DNA of 64,000 bases from Candidatus Latescibacterota bacterium (GTDB taxonomy: Bacteria > Latescibacterota > UBA2968 > UBA8231). Every line of letters starts with the position of its first letter. Position 1 is the stretch's first letter. Positions 57,737 to 64,000 of this stretch are shown here, piece by piece. Both the position numbers and the translations under genes were made by a program. Below the pieces are notes generated by a model that saw nothing but the letters and a program-made list of their open reading frames with translations, searched no databases and had not been told where the DNA came from. The stretch lies in assembly GCA_965242865.1 (NCBI GenBank), contig CBDETK010000013.1, positions 4,320,001 through 4,384,000 of the forward strand, written 5' to 3'.

Positions 57737-58737
57737 CCTCTCGACGAGCGGTGGCAGACGAAAAGCGCGGCCGCGAACAGGGCCACGGCCACGGCCTGAT
57801 GCAGTGAGGCCAAGGCCAAGGGCATCTGGGCGACGACAGTGCCGATCCCCAAGCCGATCTGCACCGCTACCAAGCAGAGGATTAGGCCGGCCCCGGTTTT
57901 TAGGGCCGTGCGGCGGGCTGCTACCCACAGCGCTAGCGCCAGCCCGAGGACCACAAAGGCGAAGAAGCGGTGTTGAAAGTGGACGGTGGTGGCGTTGTTG
58001 AGCAGGTTTACGAGCGGCGGCTGCATGGACCACAAGCCAGCCGGGACCCAAGCCCCGAACATCTTGGGAAAAGTATCCGCTAGGTAGCCGGCCTTGAGGC
58101 CGGCGACTAGGCCGCCAGCGGCGATCTGGAGGCAGATGGCGGCAAGCAGCCAAGCACAAAGGCAGCGCACGGCGCGGGGCACTGGCCGGACTTCTGCGTT
58201 AGACGACAGATAGCCAAAGACTTGCCAGAGGCAAGCGGCCAAAAGAGCAAAGGCGCAACAAAGGTGCAAGGTCAAGCGCAGGTGACTTACTTGGGGCCGG
58301 TCGCCTAGGCCGCTTTTGACCATCAGCCAGCCGACCAAGCCCTGTAGGGCAAAGAGCAGGCCAATGCCCAGATAGGTGGGGATGTGGGCGCGGGGAATGG
58401 CCCGGCCGCAGAGGAAATAGAGCAGGGGCACCACAAAGAGCAACCCAGCTAGCCGGCCGAGCAAGCGGTGGCCGAACTCCATGTAGTAGATAAACTTAAA
58501 TTCGTCCAGCCCCATGCCATAGTTGACGAGCTGGTATTCGGGCGTCTGCCGGTACTTGGCGAATTCGCCTTCCCAAGCCGCAGCACTCAGCGGCGGAACG
58601 ACGCCGGTGACGACGTTCCACTCGACGATGGACAGGCCCGAGCGGGTCAGGCGCACCCAGCCCCCGTACACGATGAGGACGACGATGAGGGCCGAGACCG
58701 CGAGGAGCCAGATGGCGAGTTGGCGATTGGTGGTCAT
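57733..58737 (-). CDS. ctaA: Heme A synthase (COX15/CtaA)
   Basis: GGWVRLTRSGLSIVEW, EFGHRLLGR, GWLMVKSGL, HFQHR, ASLHQ; start ATG 58737. Confidence 0.9.
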   Translation of the reverse strand: MTTNRQLAIWLLAVSALIVVLIVYGGWVRLTRSGLSIVEWNVVTGVVPPLSAAAWEGEFAKYRQTPEYQLVNYGMGLDEFKFIYYMEFGHRLLGRLAGLLFVVPLLYFLCGRAIPRAHIPTYLGIGLLFALQGLVGWLMVKSGLGDRPQVSHLRLTLHLCCAFALLAACLWQVFGYLSSNAEVRPVPRAVRCLCAWLLAAICLQIAAGGLVAGLKAGYLADTFPKMFGAWVPAGLWSMQPPLVNLLNNATTVHFQHRFFAFVVLGLALALWVAARRTALKTGAGLILCLVAVQIGLGIGTVVAQMPLALASLHQAVAVALFAAALFVCHRSSRG

Positions 58738-58815
58738 GTAGCGGAGTTTGAACAAATCACTCGTAGAAAATATCCCATGGCGATATACCGCCGCAAGCAA
58801 TAGAGGGAGGTAAGC

Positions 58816-59556
58816 GTGAGACTCGCGAACAAAGATGCGTTGGTAACGGGCGGAGCTACCGGCATTGGCCGGGCTACGGCCGAGCTTTTCGCCCGAGAAG
58901 GGGCGCATGTCCACATTGTTGACTACAACGAAGCGGAGGGACGAGCCGCCGTGGAGCAGATCGAGGCAGCCGGCGGCCAAGCGCGGTTTTACGCAACGGA
59001 CGTGCGGTTGGAAGCGAGCGTGGCCGCGTCGGTCGCGCAGATCAGGGCGCACACCGCTCGCCTCGAGGTGGCGGTTTTCGCGGCCGGGGTCTTGACCGGG
59101 GCGTACAAGACCATTGAGGAGCTGTCGGAGGAAGATTGGGACGCGACGCTCGACACCAACTTGAAGGGCACCTTTCTCTCGGCCAAATACGCGACGCCGC
59201 TCTTGGCAGCCGCTGGTCAATCCGTGCTGCTGATCATCGCCTCGGGCGCGGGCGTGCGGGGCGGTTCCTCGTCCTACGCTTATGCCGCGAGCAAGGCCGG
59301 GCAGCACGGGTTGCACTACAAGCTCGAAGGCGAGTTGGGGCCTAAAGGGGTGCGCTTGCACGTGATTTGCCCCGGGGGGATTGCCACGCCGCTAAAGCTG
59401 AAGAATATCGCGCAAGGGGCCGAGGCCACAGGCCGCGATCCAGAGGAAGCAAAGCGCAACGCCGCGCTGGGGGAGCCAATGGGGGTGGCGCGGGTGCTGG
59501 CGTTTTTGGCTTCCGAGGAAGGGTCTTACGTGCGGGGGACGGTGTTCACTCGGTAG
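58816..59556 (+). CDS. SDR family oxidoreductase
   Basis: VTGGATGIG, NLKG, YAASK, ICPGGIAT; GGAGGT RBS before GTG. Confidence 0.9.
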   Translation: MRLANKDALVTGGATGIGRATAELFAREGAHVHIVDYNEAEGRAAVEQIEAAGGQARFYATDVRLEASVAASVAQIRAHTARLEVAVFAAGVLTGAYKTIEELSEEDWDATLDTNLKGTFLSAKYATPLLAAAGQSVLLIIASGAGVRGGSSSYAYAASKAGQHGLHYKLEGELGPKGVRLHVICPGGIATPLKLKNIAQGAEATGRDPEEAKRNAALGEPMGVARVLAFLASEEGSYVRGTVFTR

Positions 59557-59558
59557 CG

Positions 59559-60398
59559 TCAGACGCGCTCCCAGCGGCTGGGATCCATGCCCGGGGCCGC
59601 GGAGGCCATATTCGGGGGCTTGTTGCCGCCGTGGTAGTCCCAATGGCGCGTGTTGCGGTCGGCGAAGAGCGGCCGGATTTCGTTGGGCAAGGTCTGGAGG
59701 TCTTCTTCGCTCCAAGGGCTGATCGCGTCAACCGGCCCGGCCCAAGCGGGTCGGTAGGCGATGGCCAGCATTTCGCGCGGGTACGCCCCGACGTTGGGGA
59801 AGTTGCCGTGGAATACACGGTGGTGGATGAGCACGGCCGAACCGGCCTTGCAGGGCACCATGACTTCTTCGGGGTGGGATTCGTAGCGCGTGTAGGGGTT
59901 GGCGTGGGCGTGCAAGCACAGGTGGGAGCGCGGCACCACGCGGAACGGCGAGACGGCTGGTATGAGGTCGTCGAGATAGTAGAGCACCCGGATTAGCACC
60001 GGGCAAGAGCCTTCAAAGCCGAAAATTTTGGAGCCGTAGGGTTGGCCATCGGCGTGGAGGCTGATGCCGGGGTGGCCGGGTTCGGAGCGTGCGTAGCCGT
60101 AGTGCATGAAGATCACGTCGTCGCCCAAAAGTTCGCGCAGGAACGCGAGTGTTGGCGGGTGGCCGAGCAGGGCGGTGATTTCGCCGCCATCGAATTGGAT
60201 GTTGCTGCGGCCGCGCTGATGTTCGCTGTAATCGACGGCCTTGGTCTCGAAAGTAGCGGTGATGGCTTTGAGGCGGGCGAGGTGGTCGGCGTCGAGCAGG
60301 TCGGGCAGGACGAGGTAGCCCTCGACTTCGAGTTGGCGGATGCGCTGGCCGATAGTCAGAGCGGACCAATCGCGGTCGTCGATACGAGGTGTGGCCAT
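59559..60398 (-). CDS. Phytanoyl-CoA dioxygenase (PhyH) family 2OG-Fe(II) oxygenase
   Basis: EGYLVLPDLL, LHAD, YYLDDL, VVPRSH, AGSAVL...FHG..N, R; GAGGAGG RBS. Confidence 0.88.
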   Translation of the reverse strand: MATPRIDDRDWSALTIGQRIRQLEVEGYLVLPDLLDADHLARLKAITATFETKAVDYSEHQRGRSNIQFDGGEITALLGHPPTLAFLRELLGDDVIFMHYGYARSEPGHPGISLHADGQPYGSKIFGFEGSCPVLIRVLYYLDDLIPAVSPFRVVPRSHLCLHAHANPYTRYESHPEEVMVPCKAGSAVLIHHRVFHGNFPNVGAYPREMLAIAYRPAWAGPVDAISPWSEEDLQTLPNEIRPLFADRNTRHWDYHGGNKPPNMASAAPGMDPSRWERV

Positions 60399-60554
60399 GG
60401 GGATCCTCCTCTACGGGGGTGTGGCCCAAGAGGATACGGGATTGAGCAGCCGCAATCAACGGCGGTGAGTTGCAGAGAGCGGTCTGAAGTGATTTTATGG
60501 TGCTTGCGTAGAAAGCCCATATTCGACTCGAGACGGAAGGAGATTATTCAAACC

Positions 60555-63140
60555 ATGGCTGTTCCAAAGATAAAAGAACTGCGTCGGCCAACGTCGGGAA
60601 GCACGGCCTTCGCCCTCGTCATCGCGCTTGCCGCGAGCACCATCGCCAGCGCGCAGGAAGGTTCGTCTGGTGCGAGCGCGGATACCACCGCGACCGAGTT
60701 TTCGGATATTCTCGAACAAGTGGTCGCGTTTGATGAATTGGTGGTGACGGGATCGCGCGCCCAACCGCGTTCGGTCGCCGAGTCGGCCGTTCCCATCGAC
60801 GTGGTTGCCGGCGAAGATTTCGTCAAACAGGGCGGTTCGGATTTGCCCGATCTGCTGAGAAATGTCGTTCCGTCCTACAATGTCAACATCCAGCCGATCA
60901 GTGACGCTGCGACCTTTGTCCGCCCGGCCAACCTGCGCGGATTAGCACCCGACCACACCTTAGTACTCGTCAACGGCAAACGCCGCCACCGCGGCTCTGT
61001 GATCGCATGGTGGCCTACGGGCGTATCTGACGCGGCGCAAGGGCCTGACATATCGCCGATCCCGGCCATTGCATTAAAGCGCGTGGAAGTGCTGCGCGAC
61101 GGCGCCTCGGCGCAATACGGCTCTGACGCCATTGCCGGGGTGATGAACTTCCAACTCAAGAACAATTATGAAGGCGCGTCCTTGCAACTCAAGCCCGGTA
61201 TTTTCCAAGCGGGCGATGGGCTTACCTACAGCGTGGCCGGCAATGTTGGCTTGGGCAGCGACGAGGCGTGGGCAAACCTCAGCGCGGAGTATGGCAACGC
61301 GGATGAGACGGACCGCTCGGTGCAACGCGCCGATGCCGTGCGCCTGATCGCGCTGGGCAAGGATATAGCCGACCCGGCCCAGCCGTGGGGACAACCCATT
61401 GTTCGCAACGACGTGAAGCTCTTTGCCAATTACGGCGCGTTCATCAACGACCACGTCGAGTTGTACGGACACGGCAATTTTGCCAGCAAGGAAGTGGAGG
61501 GCGGGTTTTACTTTCGCAATCCCAATGAGCGGCACGGCGTGTACAGCATTGATAAGGGCGAGACCCTGCTCATTGGCCGTTTGAGCGGCGGCGCGGTCCC
61601 CCGGGTGCCCATCGTCGATGACGTGCCGCAGCCGGATTCTCTGCAAAAGGTTTTCGACGACCCGGATCTGTTCACCTTCCAAGAAACATTGCCCAATGGC
61701 TTCACGCCCCGGTTTGGCGCGAACACGCAAGACCGCGCCTTGTTGGCCGGGATTAAGGGCACAAAATCGCTGCTGGTATGGGACCTCAGCGCGTCTTATG
61801 GGCGGCACGAAACCGATTTTTTTATCAACCAAACCATCAATGCGTCCCTAGGCCCTAACACCCCAACCTCATTTGATCCGGGCGCGTATATCCAGACCGA
61901 TACCAATTTCAATCTCGATGCGATCTACCCACTTGGCGAGCGGTTGTTCGTTGCCAGCGGGCTTGAATATCGCATTGAAAGGTTTGAAATCGTAAGCGGC
62001 GAGCCAGCCTCTTATGAAGTAGGCCCGTTGGCGCGTTATGGCTTTCTGCCGAGTTCCAATGGGTTCCCGGGATTCAGCGATGTTGCGGCCGGGGCGTGGA
62101 GTCGGTCCAACTGGGCGATTTACGGCGATGCAGAGTGGAACCCGCAGGACAACTGGTTGCTCGGCGGCGCGTTGCGCTTTGAAAATTTCGAGGGATTTGG
62201 CGCGACGACCAATTACAAGTTGGCGACCAATTACGGGATCAACGAGCACGTGAAAGTGCGCGGCTCGTTCAGCACGGGCTTTAGAGCACCCACACCCGGG
62301 CAACAAAATGCGTACAACGAGACGACCGAGTCCGGCGAAGACGACGAGGGCAATCTCATTTTGGTCAATAAAGCCACGATTCCCTCGACGCATCCGGCCG
62401 CAAAATTGGTGGGTGGCGATGTGCTGGAGCCGGAAAAATCGACCAATGTTTCGGCGGGCCTCGTCGTGGCGGTTCCCAATTATCCCGTCCATGTCACGTT
62501 CGACTATTTCAATATTGTGGTGGAGGACCGCCTGACGACCTCGCAGGATTTTAAGCTCAGTGAGCTCGACGCCGCACTAATCGAACAACTGCGCGCAGCG
62601 GGCATCACCAATCTGCAAGAGTTCCGCTTTTTCACCAACAATTTTGCAACGCGCACCCAAGGGATCGACGTCGTTCTCACCGCGCCGGTTGGGTCCAAGG
62701 GGGAACTGAGCCTCGCGTACAATTTCACCAAAACCGCTGTCACCAAATTCGACGAAGACTTGGTCAACCAAAAGCGCATCACGCTCTTGGAACGAGGGCT
62801 TCCCCGACACCGCGCAAACGCGACTCTGACCCAATCCCCAACCGACAAATGGAGCGCGTTGGGCCGCGTCAGTTACTACGGTTCGTGGGATGAATGGGAT
62901 TGGGGCCACCAAGTTTTTGGCAGCGCGTTGTTGCTCGACCTCGAATCCAGCTTTTCGCTCAATGCGGGATCGACAATCACCATCGGCCTGCAAAATGTCC
63001 TCAACACCGAGCCGACGAATTACGAAAACGAGATCGCCGGCGAGGATCCCGCAACCGGCCTCGGCAGACCCTTTGGCGAGCACAGTCCTTATGGCTTTGG
63101 CGGCGCGTTCTGGTACGGGAAATACACCTTTGATCTTTAG
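60555..63140 (+). CDS. TonB-dependent receptor
   Basis: ELVVTGSR TonB box, NLRGL.PDHTLVLVNGKR, RVEVLRDGASAQYGSDAIAGV.N, STGFRAPT, LEPEKS; start ATG 60555. Confidence 0.92.
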   Translation: MAVPKIKELRRPTSGSTAFALVIALAASTIASAQEGSSGASADTTATEFSDILEQVVAFDELVVTGSRAQPRSVAESAVPIDVVAGEDFVKQGGSDLPDLLRNVVPSYNVNIQPISDAATFVRPANLRGLAPDHTLVLVNGKRRHRGSVIAWWPTGVSDAAQGPDISPIPAIALKRVEVLRDGASAQYGSDAIAGVMNFQLKNNYEGASLQLKPGIFQAGDGLTYSVAGNVGLGSDEAWANLSAEYGNADETDRSVQRADAVRLIALGKDIADPAQPWGQPIVRNDVKLFANYGAFINDHVELYGHGNFASKEVEGGFYFRNPNERHGVYSIDKGETLLIGRLSGGAVPRVPIVDDVPQPDSLQKVFDDPDLFTFQETLPNGFTPRFGANTQDRALLAGIKGTKSLLVWDLSASYGRHETDFFINQTINASLGPNTPTSFDPGAYIQTDTNFNLDAIYPLGERLFVASGLEYRIERFEIVSGEPASYEVGPLARYGFLPSSNGFPGFSDVAAGAWSRSNWAIYGDAEWNPQDNWLLGGALRFENFEGFGATTNYKLATNYGINEHVKVRGSFSTGFRAPTPGQQNAYNETTESGEDDEGNLILVNKATIPSTHPAAKLVGGDVLEPEKSTNVSAGLVVAVPNYPVHVTFDYFNIVVEDRLTTSQDFKLSELDAALIEQLRAAGITNLQEFRFFTNNFATRTQGIDVVLTAPVGSKGELSLAYNFTKTAVTKFDEDLVNQKRITLLERGLPRHRANATLTQSPTDKWSALGRVSYYGSWDEWDWGHQVFGSALLLDLESSFSLNAGSTITIGLQNVLNTEPTNYENEIAGEDPATGLGRPFGEHSPYGFGGAFWYGKYTFDL

Positions 63141-63300
63141 GTGATCGGTCACTTTTTGTCTGGCGAAACGCCCAAACTTTGAGGAGCGACACAATGCCCA
63201 AATTCCAACTCAACATGGATTCCCCCCCCCGTGTCGGCGCACGGGGTGACGTTCTTGTGCGGGAGTACGAGGTAAAAAAAATGCTTTCAAGGAGTCCTCT

Positions 63301-64000
63301 ATGAGATCGCCTTTTTTTGTCGCGTCTTTGTTTTGCCTCCTAGCCGGCGCGGCCCTAGCCCAAGACTACGGTCGTCGGCTGGGCGTTCAGCGCGGCGGCC
63401 GGACCACGTTTGAGCCCCAAGGTTCGGGCGTCCTTTTTGACGCGATAGACCCGGCCGTGAAAAAGTGGTACATCCCGCAGGAGCTCTTCAACGAGTACCG
63501 CTGGCGGCAATGGGAGTACTCCAACTACGCCCGCACCCCCTACCAACGCTACGTCGATGTGGCACTGGAGGGCAGCTACTTCTACGACTTTTTTGGCAAT
63601 TTCGTCAATCGCGGCTGGCTCATCTTCAACAACAGCCAAAGCCAGCCCTTGCAGCGCGGCAACGAGCTGTTCAAGGACGACCGCTTTGGCACTTGGTTCA
63701 ACAGCTTGCTCATCGCGTCGGACTCCATCGGCGAGTACCACTACGCCCTCACCATTGGCAACGGCATCCGCACCACCCTGACGCCCATGACCTTTTCCAA
63801 GCCCGATTTCGACGGCGTCCAGTTCGACTTCGCCACGGACAAATACTTGCTCACCTTCCTGTATTCGCGGCTGAGCGAATCGGGCGGCTCGGGCACCAAC
63901 GTCGAGGGCATCAATCGCACCAATAACACCACCCTGATGGGGGGGCGCACCACCGTTCAGGTGGGCGATTTCACCACGTTGGGGTTCAACTTTGTCAACG
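63301..64000 (+). CDS. Paralogue of the 884-aa exported protein, 3'-truncated by window edge (absent from ORF track)
   Basis: AAGGAG RBS; MRSPFFVASLFCLLAGAALA|QDY; KKWYIPQELF, WEYSNYA, FYDFFGNFVNRGW, IRTTLTPMTFSKP, DKY, QVGDF. Confidence 0.88.
   Translation, partial: MRSPFFVASLFCLLAGAALAQDYGRRLGVQRGGRTTFEPQGSGVLFDAIDPAVKKWYIPQELFNEYRWRQWEYSNYARTPYQRYVDVALEGSYFYDFFGNFVNRGWLIFNNSQSQPLQRGNELFKDDRFGTWFNSLLIASDSIGEYHYALTIGNGIRTTLTPMTFSKPDFDGVQFDFATDKYLLTFLYSRLSESGGSGTNVEGINRTNNTTLMGGRTTVQVGDFTTLGFNFVN

Noticed and set aside
60042-60554. Long N-terminal extension of the TonB receptor (likewise ORF-track extensions at 2328, 14766, 23964, 30685, 35454, 59361)
   Set aside because: They overlap better-supported genes or terminators; internal starts with an RBS, signal peptide or domain boundary fit better
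60399-60554. Riboswitch (e.g. cobalamin or TPP) upstream of the TonB receptor
   Set aside because: No conserved aptamer motifs recognisable by eye; an Infernal scan would be needed to exclude one fully

Overview
High-GC, gene-dense bacterial DNA from a diderm. It encodes Omp85, FadL/PorV-like and TonB-dependent barrels and many lipoproteins. The gene content suggests an FCB-related lineage such as Latescibacterota, possibly host- or sponge-associated (PorX next to tsaE, FlgD-Ig/TPNGDG C-terminal domains, a C-terminal WxKIK motif, CRTAC1/ASPIC, LRR, ANK and TPR proteins, PhyH). That taxonomy is inference only. About 58 CDS are supportable. I saw no rRNA, tRNA, CRISPR array or intact transposase/integrase. 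Housekeeping and metabolic genes include copA-like, glyA, glk, a eukaryote-type xylulokinase, sugar-acid dehydratases, frdABCD, ctaA, rpsU, a cold-shock gene and tsaE. The best candidate for an undescribed system is a co-oriented minus-strand cluster of about 16 kb (6175-22123) in which every gene looks exported. It encodes a PPIase chaperone, a sugar-binding-like protein with a putative C-terminal sorting motif, a lipoprotein, three paralogues ending in a T9SS type-B-like CTD, an 884-aa acidic-loop/putative beta-barrel protein, a CRTAC1 lipoprotein and a TPR lipoprotein. A clear paralogue of the 884-aa protein, missing from the ORF track, starts at 63301, so the module is probably multi-copy. 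Other oddities are a dispersed palindromic element apparently translated in-frame, a collapsed antitoxin-toxin fusion between 26-bp direct repeats, and a possibly bistable 96-nt RNA/DNA structure. Family assignments come from motif recognition by eye, not database searches.
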